Below, one piece after another: positions 40,663 through 50,634 of a stretch of 64,000 nucleotides of DNA. The DNA lies in the NCBI GenBank assembly GCA_019058445.1, contig JAHPZA010000003.1, positions 420,919-484,918 of the forward strand, given 5' to 3'. Source of the DNA: Promethearchaeota archaeon. GTDB lineage: Archaea > Asgardarchaeota > Lokiarchaeia > Sigyniarchaeales > SOKP01. The position numbers and the translations under genes are program-made. Below the pieces are notes generated by a model. That model searched no databases, was not told the DNA's origin, and saw only the letters and a list, made by a program, of their open reading frames with translations. Every line of letters begins with the position of its first letter. Within the stretch, counting starts at the first letter, position 1.

Positions 40663-41541
40663 ATGAAATTATTAGATGGAAAAATAGCTTTAATAACTGG
40701 TGGGGGAAGAGGAATTGGAAAAGCTACGGCACTTGAATTTGCCAAAAATGGTGCAAATGTTGTAGTTGTCTCTAGAACCGAAAATGAACTAAATCAGACT
40801 GTTAAAGAAATTGAAAATTATGGTGTAAAAGGTATTGCAATTCCAGCTGATTTGTCCAGGGTTGATGGAGCTAAAGACTTAGTTAATAAATATTATAAAA
40901 CATTTGAAAGATGCGATATTTTGGTAAATAACGCTGGAATGACTCATTTTGCAAGCGTAGTTGATTATCCTCTTGAAAAAGCAGTAAAATTATTCAATGT
41001 GAATCTTATTTCCTATTATGTCATGATAAAATTGATCTTACCTGGAATGCTTGAACAAGGAGGGGGTAATATTCTATTAACCTCATCACCACAGGGAACC
41101 ATTTATTTTAGCAGTCATAAAGTGGCCTATTCTGCCTCTAAAGCTGCTGTTATGGCAATGGGAAAATGTTTACAAAATGAGGTGGGAAGACAAAACGTAC
41201 GGGTAAATGTTATCCTGCCAGGAGCAATCCATACCCAGATGATGGAAAATCTAATAGAATGGGGTCAGAATTTCCCTGAAAAGGTACCCCCAGAGAAAAT
41301 AGCTCCTTTATATCTCTTTTTGGCCAGTGAATCCTCTAAGCGAAAATACAAAGGAAAGGTTATAAATCAGTTAATGCTTAACGAAATAGTGAATACTATT
41401 CAAACTGAATTAGGAAGTAAGGAATATAAAATCAGAGAAATTATAGATCTTATGAAAGATACACTAAATAAAGATCAACATACAATGTTGAGAAAAAATC
41501 AAGAGCTTTTTGAATTTATGCTCAATTATAAAACTATATAA
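40663..41541 (+). CDS. SDR oxidoreductase with C-terminal helical extension (tandem copy 2)
   Basis: TGGGRGIG, NNAG, YSASK, VNVILPG. Confidence 0.85.
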   Translation: MKLLDGKIALITGGGRGIGKATALEFAKNGANVVVVSRTENELNQTVKEIENYGVKGIAIPADLSRVDGAKDLVNKYYKTFERCDILVNNAGMTHFASVVDYPLEKAVKLFNVNLISYYVMIKLILPGMLEQGGGNILLTSSPQGTIYFSSHKVAYSASKAAVMAMGKCLQNEVGRQNVRVNVILPGAIHTQMMENLIEWGQNFPEKVPPEKIAPLYLFLASESSKRKYKGKVINQLMLNEIVNTIQTELGSKEYKIREIIDLMKDTLNKDQHTMLRKNQELFEFMLNYKTI

Positions 41542-41565
41542 AATAAATCAAGGGTGAATAGAAAC

Positions 41566-42387
41566 ATGTCTAATGAAATAAAGAATGTAAGTGTTATTGG
41601 TATAGGTTTCTTGGGTAGATTAATTACCGAAAGAACTGCGTTATATAACTATAATGTGCGCATATATGATATAAATTCTGAGGGTCTTGAAAAATTAGCG
41701 AGATCATTAACGAGAAAAAAGAAACGAAAGAATTTATATGGAGAGGTTTCATTTCATAATACCGTTTCGGAAGCAGTGGCTGATGCTGATTTAATTATTG
41801 AGGCTGTACCAGAAAAGTTAGAATTAAAAAAGGAAGTATTTTCACAGATTGACAGGGCTGCCCCGCCTCATGCTATCATTGCTACAAATAGCTCTTCAAT
41901 ACCTGTTTCAAGGATAGAGGACGCTGTTAAACGGAAAGATAAACTATTAAATATTCATTTTTATCATCCAACAACATCACCAATGGTAGATATCATGCGG
42001 GGATCAGAAACTAGTGAGGATACCTTCAAAAAGGGTAAAAATTGGATCGAATCTCTTGAGCTTACTCCATTAGAAGTGAAAAAAGAGTGCTTAGGATTTG
42101 TGTTCAATAGAATATGGAGAGCGATCAAAAAAGAATGTCTAAAGATTTGGGCGGGAGGTTATGCTGAAATTGAAACCGTTGATAAAGCGTGGAAAATCTT
42201 CACTGGTATGGGAGTAGGACCATTTAGCCTTATGGATATGGTAGGTCTAGATGTTGTTTATGATATAGAAATGTCATACTTTAACGAAAGTGGAGATCCT
42301 AAAGATAAACCACCTCAAACTCTTAAAGATAAAGTAGATAGAGGAGAACTCGGAAGAAAATCCGGGAAAGGTTTTTATGAATATTAA
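41566..42387 (+). CDS. 3-hydroxyacyl-CoA dehydrogenase family protein (atypical HFYH..PMVD active site)
   Basis: Close paralogue of 9722-10540; ATG 41566 follows a GGGTGA SD. Confidence 0.85.
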   Translation: MSNEIKNVSVIGIGFLGRLITERTALYNYNVRIYDINSEGLEKLARSLTRKKKRKNLYGEVSFHNTVSEAVADADLIIEAVPEKLELKKEVFSQIDRAAPPHAIIATNSSSIPVSRIEDAVKRKDKLLNIHFYHPTTSPMVDIMRGSETSEDTFKKGKNWIESLELTPLEVKKECLGFVFNRIWRAIKKECLKIWAGGYAEIETVDKAWKIFTGMGVGPFSLMDMVGLDVVYDIEMSYFNESGDPKDKPPQTLKDKVDRGELGRKSGKGFYEY

Positions 42388-42443
42388 TTTTAATGTTGCT
42401 ATAAGAAAGTTCATTAATTTAAAGAATAAATAAAAAAATAAAA

Positions 42444-44240
42444 TTAAATTGGTGCTACTATATTCCTTAATTCACCATATTTTCCTTCCTTTATATTTTG
42501 ATGTAATTCTTCTGTTAGGGGTACATATTTTTTAGCGCTTGAATCCCAGAAATGAATTGGATCTTTAACAATGTTGAGATTATATATTTCTTTACGGAGA
42601 TTAGTTTTTACTATTTTAAAACTACTCGTAGTTGTTTCGAGTTCCTCCATTATACGCATAAAGATAGGAATTGAATAGCTAGGTAAAGAACTTAAAACAA
42701 ATTGAGAGAGTTCATCTATATCGAATTTAATCGAAGAATCCAATGTAAAAGCTGCCATACCGGCTTTTCCCTCGGTATTGGGAATGGCTACACCATACAC
42801 TGCACTATATTGAATCGCAGGAAAAGAATTTAAAATAGCTTCTACTTCTAAGGTAGATACGTTTTCTCCCTTCCATCGGAACGTATCGCCAAATCGGTCA
42901 ACAAAAGACACCCACCGGTCCTTGTGGACCTTTAACATATCACCTGTGTGGAAAAAAGTGTCGTTCTTTCGAAATACATTATGAATTATTTTCTTTTCAG
43001 TTTTTTCCTTATCTTTATAGCCCGTAAAAACCCCTCTTTCCTCGACTTTTATTAAACCCATCCCAATATCACCTGCTTTGCACTTTATACAATATCCTTT
43101 CTCGTTTTTATAAAATTCACCTGTATCGGGGTCGACTTTTGCGATAGAAAATCCGGCCATATTATCCCTTCCGACCATTCCCGGCACTCCATCGGCGTTG
43201 AAAAGTGGCCGATGACCTTCAGTTGAACCATAAAATTCGTAGATATTAGGAACTTGGAAGCGAGCTTGAAATTCTTCCCATATTTCTTTACGTAATCCTA
43301 AACCTAACATTTTTTTGAGTGTGTGGTTCTTATCATTTTCCGAAGGGGGTTGGTTAAGAAGATAACGAGGAATTTCACCGACATACATGAAATATGTCGC
43401 TTGAAATTTCCGGATATCATCCCAAAATTTGGTAGCAGAAAACCTCTTACTCAAGGCTATTTTTGCCCCCAGAAGATTTGCTTTCATCCAAGAGCATCCG
43501 ATTCCAACATTATGATATAAGGGAGTTGGGATATAAATGATTTCATCAGGACCCAAATCAGCAATAGCACATAAAATAGAAGCTTGAGTATATAATCGAA
43601 AGTTTTGCATGATTACAGCCTTAGGAAGTCCAGTAGTCCCCGATGTATAGATATAAAGTGCAGTTTCTCGTAATACAGAATCAAAAGTTGTTTTAGGATT
43701 TGCTGAAGATATTGATTTTAACTCGTCTGACAAGTCTGTGTACTCGTGCTTAATATTTTTAGGATTGTTTATTACAAAAATCTGATCCGGGTTATAGGAA
43801 AGATCATCAACAACGTCATTAAAGTATGGTATGCACGTTCCATCAAGAACTATCCATTTTGCTTCAGCTACATTGAAGGAATGCGTTAGAGCCTGCTTTC
43901 TCTGGTTAAAATTAATTAAAGCACTAATGCCCTGAATTTTATTTATACCCGCTACAAAAAAGAAATATTCTGGACAATTTTCCAGCATCAGAGCAACCGT
44001 ATCACCCCGCTGTAATCCTAAATCATAAAAATAATGAGCGACTCGATTACTTTCTTCGTTGAATGCCTGCCAAGTCCATGATAAATCTTCATAAAATAAT
44101 GCTTTTTCTTTCGGTTTTTCCCTTGCGTTCTTTTCAATTCTAGTGCCAATACTTTGATTTTCATTTGCCATTATATCATTCATTACACCTCGGAATTTAT
44201 CCCAGACTGCTGCTTCTTTAGGAGTCATTTTTGGAGACAT
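42444..44240 (-). CDS. Long-chain acyl-CoA synthetase, FATP/SLC27-like
   Basis: YIYTSGTTGLPK, YVGEIPRYL, EFYGSTEG, TGD, DRFGDTFRWKGENVST, EGKAGMA. Confidence 0.92.
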   Translation of the reverse strand: MSPKMTPKEAAVWDKFRGVMNDIMANENQSIGTRIEKNAREKPKEKALFYEDLSWTWQAFNEESNRVAHYFYDLGLQRGDTVALMLENCPEYFFFVAGINKIQGISALINFNQRKQALTHSFNVAEAKWIVLDGTCIPYFNDVVDDLSYNPDQIFVINNPKNIKHEYTDLSDELKSISSANPKTTFDSVLRETALYIYTSGTTGLPKAVIMQNFRLYTQASILCAIADLGPDEIIYIPTPLYHNVGIGCSWMKANLLGAKIALSKRFSATKFWDDIRKFQATYFMYVGEIPRYLLNQPPSENDKNHTLKKMLGLGLRKEIWEEFQARFQVPNIYEFYGSTEGHRPLFNADGVPGMVGRDNMAGFSIAKVDPDTGEFYKNEKGYCIKCKAGDIGMGLIKVEERGVFTGYKDKEKTEKKIIHNVFRKNDTFFHTGDMLKVHKDRWVSFVDRFGDTFRWKGENVSTLEVEAILNSFPAIQYSAVYGVAIPNTEGKAGMAAFTLDSSIKFDIDELSQFVLSSLPSYSIPIFMRIMEELETTTSSFKIVKTNLRKEIYNLNIVKDPIHFWDSSAKKYVPLTEELHQNIKEGKYGELRNIVAPI

Positions 44241-44385
44241 AAGTTTACCTCAATTTATTTAATGAAAATTTATTAGATTATATCATTTTGAATTAAATTT
44301 GATATACGATAAGGTGATATTTATTTCTTTTTCTCTCATAAATTGAGAAAATAAACAAATGGTTTTAATTTCGTTAATAAAATTA

Positions 44386-45324
44386 TCAGATCAGAAGAAT
44401 AATTAAAATCCATACCATTGCAAAACTAATTATGATCGTTAAATTAGCAATCATACTAACTAGCTTCTGATCATATTCAAATTCTATGGAAAATGGAATT
44501 ACAGCTAACCCAATAGGAAAAATCAGTGAAATAGTTAAGATAATTCGAAAAAGTAAGTTGAACTGATCAGAAGGAAGGAAAAAAAACAATAGTAAACCAA
44601 CAAGTAAACCCAAGGAATAACGAATTATAAGAACTTTTATAATTGTTGCCCATTCTGTTCTTTCAAATTTAAAGTTCAAATAAATACCTAATAAAAGTAA
44701 AGATAATGCGGTATTAGCTCTTGCGATAATATCCAACAAATCCCAGAAAAACATTGGGATATTAGGTCCAATTTCTGAAAAGTTTATGAAGAGGGCAAGG
44801 ATATAGCTCATTAAAGGAGTAGATTTTAACAAACGTTTCCCTATATCTTTAAAATCTATACCTAAATCTTCAGTATTATTATTAGGTGAGAAGATGGAAC
44901 CAATAATATAACAGAGTACGAAGATTGTAAATGCATTCCCGGCATCAATGAGTGCAATATATTGCATACCCTCATCTCCCCAAATCCCTTCAATTAAGGG
45001 GAAAGAAAAATGAGCTACATTAAACCCTATTAATGACATTAGTATGAGTCCTTTTTTATCCCTTTGATATCTTCTAAATAGAATTAATCCAATCATAGCC
45101 ATAAAAAAACCAAAAATTATAGTAACCAAAGGCAATAAGATTAGAGTTAAATTAAACTCAATTTTGCTTGTTACCTTAAGAATAACTGCTGGCAGAGTAA
45201 TATTAAATATAACTTTGGCGACTACCTTCCCATTTTCCTCTGTTAAGATTTTTAATTTCTTAACTACGTACCCTATAATTATTATAATTAATGATAAAAA
45301 GAAAATGTAATTTACATCTGCCAT
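44386..45324 (-). CDS. AEC (auxin efflux carrier) family transporter
   Basis: IFNITLP, GFNVAHFSFP, LSLLLLG; about 10 TM. Confidence 0.8.
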   Translation of the reverse strand: MADVNYIFFLSLIIIIIGYVVKKLKILTEENGKVVAKVIFNITLPAVILKVTSKIEFNLTLILLPLVTIIFGFFMAMIGLILFRRYQRDKKGLILMSLIGFNVAHFSFPLIEGIWGDEGMQYIALIDAGNAFTIFVLCYIIGSIFSPNNNTEDLGIDFKDIGKRLLKSTPLMSYILALFINFSEIGPNIPMFFWDLLDIIARANTALSLLLLGIYLNFKFERTEWATIIKVLIIRYSLGLLVGLLLFFFLPSDQFNLLFRIILTISLIFPIGLAVIPFSIEFEYDQKLVSMIANLTIIISFAMVWILIILLI

Positions 45325-45483
45325 TTTTTCAATTTTTTCCTCATTTTCAATCTTAAAATAAAATATTATAAGTAATTTATAGAAAAATTAATCCATTTCT
45401 ATTTTAACATAAAGTATAAATAAATTTATCTCTAAATTCCAATTAAACCATTTTAATTTTGAAGTTTTAGAGGTTAATAAGAA

Positions 45484-46398
45484 TTGAAACCAAATCTTCT
45501 TTCAGATGAGAAAGTAATTATTACTGCTGCTATAACTGGTGGCATTCAAGGTAAATGGGCAAATCCTGCTGTACCAATCACTGCTGAAGAGCAAGCTCAA
45601 GATGCCTTAGAATGTTATAATGCTGGGGCTAGCATTTGCCACCTTCATGTTCGTGGAGAGGATGGTCAAAATACTCCTGATTTAAAAGTGTATAATAAAG
45701 CTGTCACTCTAATCAAGGAAAAATGTCCCATTATAACACAAATAGGAAATGGTATAGGAGCCTGGGTTGAGTGGGGTACAAAAGTGAGTAGTAAAGGTAA
45801 AAAATATGGCACATCAATCCGAATGGCTACCTTGGAAGAGAGATTAAATCTTCTCAATATCGAGCCAGTACCAGACATGTATACGATAAACGCCGGAACT
45901 TTTGAATTCCGAACACGTTATGGAAGCCATCTTTTTGATAATCCTATGGATTTCAATAGAAAGTTTGTGAATAAATGCTACAAGCGAGGTTGTGGGATTG
46001 AAATTGAAGTATATGACTCAGGTCATATTAATAATATTTTTGATCTTGTAGATGTAAGCTCACTAAAGCCTCCCCTCCATTTTAGCCTTGTGTTAGGAAT
46101 CAATGGGGGAGCTCCTGCTACAGTAAGTAATTTGACTCACTTAGTTGACCAGATTCCTGAAGGTTCTATGTGGCAAGTCGTCACTGTGGGCAGATATAAT
46201 CTTACTCTTACCACTATTGCCATGTGTATGGGCGGGAATATTAGAACGGGTTTAGAAGACACACTTCACTATAGAAAAGGTAAGCTCGTTCAAAGTAATG
46301 CTCAACTTGTCGCTCGCATGGTGAGACTAGCTAAAGAACTTGGAAGAGAGCCTGCTACCGTAGATGAAGCAAAAGAAATGCTAGGATTAAAATCATAA
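45484..46398 (+). CDS. Beta-keto acid cleavage enzyme (BKACE/DUF849, Kce family)
   Basis: ITAAITG, NPAVPIT, AGASICHLHVR, EIEVYD, IRTGLEDT, SNAQLV. Confidence 0.9.
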   Translation: MKPNLLSDEKVIITAAITGGIQGKWANPAVPITAEEQAQDALECYNAGASICHLHVRGEDGQNTPDLKVYNKAVTLIKEKCPIITQIGNGIGAWVEWGTKVSSKGKKYGTSIRMATLEERLNLLNIEPVPDMYTINAGTFEFRTRYGSHLFDNPMDFNRKFVNKCYKRGCGIEIEVYDSGHINNIFDLVDVSSLKPPLHFSLVLGINGGAPATVSNLTHLVDQIPEGSMWQVVTVGRYNLTLTTIAMCMGGNIRTGLEDTLHYRKGKLVQSNAQLVARMVRLAKELGREPATVDEAKEMLGLKS

Positions 46399-46496
46399 AA
46401 GAAATTTTCACTGTGTAATTTTACTTGGTAATATCTTTTTTTTATTCACTTTAGATATTAAATATAAAAAAAATAAAAATAGAAAAAATTTTCAAA

Positions 46497-47588
46497 TTAC
46501 TCCGATTCTTTGCCAAATAAAGCTTTTACATCTTTTTCACATAGGAAGAACGCAATAGCAACTGGAAAACCAAATAAGAAAAAGGCACAGGAAGCAGCAA
46601 TAGCAAGATACCTGCAGAAATTAATCTTAAATAGCAGTCCTATTGAACCAATTAGCAACATTAACGCAATTGGACCTGCAATGAGTGCAATAATCGTCAA
46701 TGATGTGGAAATTTCAGAGGCACTCTGTTGACTATTTTTTGCTCTTTGTTGGCCTAGATAATCTGCATTGGTTATAACATAATATGCATAAAAGAGAAAA
46801 GTTAATGCTACTGCTATAGAAATAATCGATACGATATATAAAAGAGTCTCTCTTTTAATTTTAGGCATATCTGGAGTTGTTCTGGGATTATCTTGCACAT
46901 CACGGGCAGCATACATGAGCAAAAAGAGTGGGATTAAAACGTAAACTGTACCATGAACCATTACTCCGAATTCGCGTTCACCACCATATACAGCCGTTGA
47001 AACTACAAGCATTAAAAAGACTGAAAGAGCTGTAAATACTAAAAAAAATTTAAACGTTTCTTTATAGCCCTTTCTAAAATAATACATCGAAAGTAATATT
47101 GAAGCAACGACGATCATCGCTCCTAAGATCATTAAAGGATCTATGACGTGATATGCATAACCACCCCATGCGAGCATTTCATCATGTGTGAGGTCTATTC
47201 CATACCAAATATGCATTTGTTTTTCAAAATGATAAAACTGATCAATAAAAAAATGAGAAATACCACCTGCTACCGAAACAAGATAAGCATTCTTCCAGTT
47301 GACCTCTCTAATTTCCTCATCTACAAACTTTAATGGAAAAAGACCATTAGATTCCACTAATGTAAAGCGAGAGCTATATGAATAAACCAATGAAAAAGGA
47401 ATAGCAAGTATGGCATATCCGAGAATATTATGAAAGTATGGAATAGAGAAATAATGCAGTATGTCTGGACCGAATATATTGTTTGCTAGAAAAATAAAAG
47501 CGATTTTATAGCTGAATTTATCCTTGGTGTAATAAAGAATCGGGATAATTAGACATAATCCATAAAAAACGTGTCCGAAGGTTGGCAT
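46497..47588 (-). CDS. Multi-pass membrane protein with YdjM-like metal-dependent hydrolase motifs (tandem copy 1)
   Basis: MPTFGH, GPD, HNILG, SHFFID..YH motifs within TM segments. Confidence 0.6.
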   Translation of the reverse strand: MPTFGHVFYGLCLIIPILYYTKDKFSYKIAFIFLANNIFGPDILHYFSIPYFHNILGYAILAIPFSLVYSYSSRFTLVESNGLFPLKFVDEEIREVNWKNAYLVSVAGGISHFFIDQFYHFEKQMHIWYGIDLTHDEMLAWGGYAYHVIDPLMILGAMIVVASILLSMYYFRKGYKETFKFFLVFTALSVFLMLVVSTAVYGGEREFGVMVHGTVYVLIPLFLLMYAARDVQDNPRTTPDMPKIKRETLLYIVSIISIAVALTFLFYAYYVITNADYLGQQRAKNSQQSASEISTSLTIIALIAGPIALMLLIGSIGLLFKINFCRYLAIAASCAFFLFGFPVAIAFFLCEKDVKALFGKESE

Positions 47589-47644
47589 TTTTATATGATT
47601 TGTTTTTAATTTAGAAATAAAAAATTTATCAATATATATAGAAA

Positions 47645-47676
47645 TTCTCTTTTGGATTATATATAGTATATAGATT
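47645..47676 (-). promoter_or_regulatory. Conserved upstream element / TATA-containing promoter of 46497-47588
   Basis: TTCTCTTTTGgATTATATATAGTATATaGATT recurs at 48908-48939 with 2 mismatches, at a similar distance from the paralogue start. Confidence 0.55.
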
Positions 47677-47715
47677 TTATCAGATTGCTTAACTCTATTA
47701 TTTTACAAAAATGAG

Positions 47716-47731
47716 AAAAAAAAAAAAAAAA
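47716..47731 (-). terminator. Oligo-T (T16) archaeal terminator of 47750-48853
   Basis: A16 run on + strand about 20 nt downstream of the stop codon. Confidence 0.55.
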
Positions 47732-47749
47732 GAAAATAAAAATTTGAGA

Positions 47750-48853
47750 TTAAGCTTCTGATTCCTTATTAAACATAGCTTTTACGTCATTTTCGCATAA
47801 GAATAAACTGATGGCGAATGGAAATGCAAAGATTAAGAAATACATACAAATGGCAATTACAATGTAGCGGCAAATATTACTTTTAAAGAAAAGTCCAATT
47901 GAAGCAATTAGTAAAATAATTGCGAAGGTCAAATATATATACCCGATTATTGTTACTGTAATGGTCATTTCAGCGACGCTCCCTCCAAACATTTCAATAA
48001 TAAGTTCAGCAAGATACCCAGCATATGTTATTGCAAAATAAGCATATAAAGCCATAAAGAGTGCAAATAAAATAGAAATTATTGCGACGATCTTCAAAAG
48101 CGTATCCCTGTTTATTTTCGGCACATCTGGTGTTGTAATAGGATTATCTTTTACATCCCGGGCTGCATACATGAGTAAAAATAGTGGTATCAGCACATAA
48201 ACAAAACAATGCACTATCGCCCCGAATTCACGTTCAGCCCAAAATATACTTGTAGACACAAAAACCATCAAACTAACTGTAATAACGGTAGAGATTAAAA
48301 GCAACTCGAAGGATTCCTTATGGCCTTTCATGAAAGTATAGAGAGAGAGCACGATAAAGCTAATTATTGCAATATCGCCTATTATTATTAAAGGAGTGAT
48401 GTAGTGGTAGGCAGATCCCCCCCATGCAAGCATCTCGTCATGAGTAATACTGATTCCTTCCCAAATCATCATTTCTTTTTCCCAATGATAAAACTGGTCT
48501 ATAAAGAAATGTGAAATCCCTCCAGCAGCTGTAATACAGTATGCATTTTTGTAATTTACTTCACTAATTCCATCATCTACAAATTTTAATGGTAAGATCC
48601 CGTCAGATTTTTTTAAAGAAAACCTAGAGAAATATGAGTAGAACACTGCGAGTGGAAGTGCCATTATAAGAAATCCCAAAATACTATGAGTCGGTATTAT
48701 AAAGAAAAGTCCTACTAGATCAGGACCGTATATATTGTTCGCGAGAAAGATAAAAGCGACCTTGTAATTAAACGGCTTTTCATCGGTCTTTGTATAATAA
48801 AGGATCGGAATCAGAAGTGCTAAACCATAGCAAATATGTCCGAAAGTTGGCAT
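47750..48853 (-). CDS. Multi-pass membrane protein with YdjM-like metal-dependent hydrolase motifs (tandem copy 2)
   Basis: MPTFGH, GPD, THSILG, SHFFID..YH; colinear paralogue of 46497-47588. Confidence 0.6.
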   Translation of the reverse strand: MPTFGHICYGLALLIPILYYTKTDEKPFNYKVAFIFLANNIYGPDLVGLFFIIPTHSILGFLIMALPLAVFYSYFSRFSLKKSDGILPLKFVDDGISEVNYKNAYCITAAGGISHFFIDQFYHWEKEMMIWEGISITHDEMLAWGGSAYHYITPLIIIGDIAIISFIVLSLYTFMKGHKESFELLLISTVITVSLMVFVSTSIFWAEREFGAIVHCFVYVLIPLFLLMYAARDVKDNPITTPDVPKINRDTLLKIVAIISILFALFMALYAYFAITYAGYLAELIIEMFGGSVAEMTITVTIIGYIYLTFAIILLIASIGLFFKSNICRYIVIAICMYFLIFAFPFAISLFLCENDVKAMFNKESEA

Positions 48854-48907
48854 TTTTATACCTTTTATTTTGAAATTTAAATTTTTAAAATTTTTTTTAT
48901 ATTAATA

Positions 48908-48939
48908 TTCTCTTTTGAATTATATATAGTATATCGATT
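48908..48939 (-). promoter_or_regulatory. Conserved upstream element / TATA-containing promoter of 47750-48853
   Basis: Near-identical to 47645-47676. Confidence 0.55.
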
Positions 48940-49192
48940 GATTTACTCCAATATTTAACAAAAAAGGAAAAAAATGTTGGTTTTCACTAAAATAAAAATT
49001 TTGGCTTATTCTTTGTCCTTTACTAACCAATATACTAATTAATTTCAATAAAAGTATTTAACCTTAATTTTTCCATTTTTATGAACAACCCCAATATGAA
49101 ATAGTTATAAGATTTTAATTAGCAGTAATATTAATGATCATATTAAACTCTAATTTAATTTAAAAAAACTAAATCAAAAAGGATGAAAAAAA

Positions 49193-50362
49193 ATGGTTGA
49201 AATTAAAAACTTAGTGGTTGTTGGAGCTGGTCAGATGGGCACTGGTATAGGTCAAGTGGCATTAATGGCAGGTTTTAATATTACCATGGTTGATATCAAG
49301 GATGAGTATGTTGATAAAAGTTATGCAAATATAGATGAAGGGATGAAAAAACTTGAAGCAAAAGGAAAATTTAGTGAAGGAAAAACCGCTGCTGGTTATA
49401 TGGCGAATTGTAAAAAATCGATAGATATGGCCTCTGCGGTGAAAGATGCGGATATCATTATTGAAGCTGTTATTGAGGACATGAATATTAAAAAGCAAGT
49501 GTTTAAAACATGTGATGAAAATGCTCCTGCTCATTGTATCATTGCCTCAAATACTTCTACTATGTCAATTTCAGAAATGGCGACTGCCACCAATAGACCA
49601 GATAAAGTAATTGGTATGCACTTCTTTAATCCGGTTCCTTTAATGCGTTGTATTGAAGTAATCTATGGCGATAAAAGTTCTGATGAAAACATCGATGCTG
49701 CAATAGGTTTTGCTGGAAAATTGCCTTGTCTTAGGGGTGACAGATATATTGCGAAAGTATTAAAGGACAGACCTGGATTTATTGTAAACCGTATTACAGC
49801 CCCTGTTCAGATTTATCAGAATTATATTTTCGACAAAGCTGAAGCAGAAGGAAAAACTTGGGAACAACTTGACAATGATTCGGGTGGTCCAATGCCTACT
49901 TGTGTACTTGCAGATTATGTGGGTATTGATACGATATATCACGGTCTCAAATATTATGAAAAAACATTGTCCCCAGATTTTGCCCCTGGAAAAATAATAG
50001 CCAGAATGTTTAATGAGGGCAAATTAGGTGCAAAAACAGGACAAGGATTTTATGATTGGTCTAAAGGACGCCCAAAGCCAGATAAGAAAGCTGGTAAAGC
50101 TCGATTATTTAAACTTAAATATCCAATAGCAATTATGCTAAATGAAGGATGTCGAGTTTTAGAAGAGGGAATTGCTACCAGCTGGAAAGTTTGTGACGAT
50201 GCTTTAATGGCGGGGATGAACATGCCTGGCCCAATGGCTCCTAACGTGAACAATTCAGCGAAACAAGTTGAAGTGTTAAACGAACTTGTAGAATTGACTG
50301 GTAAAAAATACTTTGAACCATGTGAACTCTTAAAGTCTGCCAAATGGGTAGACATGAAATGA
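49193..50362 (+). CDS. 3-hydroxyacyl-CoA dehydrogenase with second C-terminal 3HCDH domain (tandem copy 1)
   Basis: VVGAGQMG, ASNTSTM, GMHFFNPVPLMRCIE, PGFIVNR, then NEGCRVLEEG. Confidence 0.9.
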   Translation: MVEIKNLVVVGAGQMGTGIGQVALMAGFNITMVDIKDEYVDKSYANIDEGMKKLEAKGKFSEGKTAAGYMANCKKSIDMASAVKDADIIIEAVIEDMNIKKQVFKTCDENAPAHCIIASNTSTMSISEMATATNRPDKVIGMHFFNPVPLMRCIEVIYGDKSSDENIDAAIGFAGKLPCLRGDRYIAKVLKDRPGFIVNRITAPVQIYQNYIFDKAEAEGKTWEQLDNDSGGPMPTCVLADYVGIDTIYHGLKYYEKTLSPDFAPGKIIARMFNEGKLGAKTGQGFYDWSKGRPKPDKKAGKARLFKLKYPIAIMLNEGCRVLEEGIATSWKVCDDALMAGMNMPGPMAPNVNNSAKQVEVLNELVELTGKKYFEPCELLKSAKWVDMK

Positions 50363-50634
50363 GTTACACAAACCCATATTTTTTTTTATATTTTTAATTT
50401 TAAAAAATTCAAAACTACTTTTTAGAGATTAAAGGACTAATTTTCTCAATAATTTAGGTTGTCACAGCCTTATCATTTAAGTTTTTCAATAAGTTCTGGA
50501 ATTTTTGAAGAATCAGAGAATAAGATAACAAATTTATTTTAAAAATTCTTTACAAATTATGAATAACTATTAATTTAGAGCTTAATGCTCTTACTCTTTT
50601 TAAATATAAACTAGAACAAAAAGGATGAAAAAAA

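Noticed and set aside
12457-46398. Carnitine pathway (carnitine dehydrogenase + BKACE + betaine demethylation)
   Set aside because: The genes are far apart, and there is no MttB-family betaine methyltransferase or BCCT transporter.
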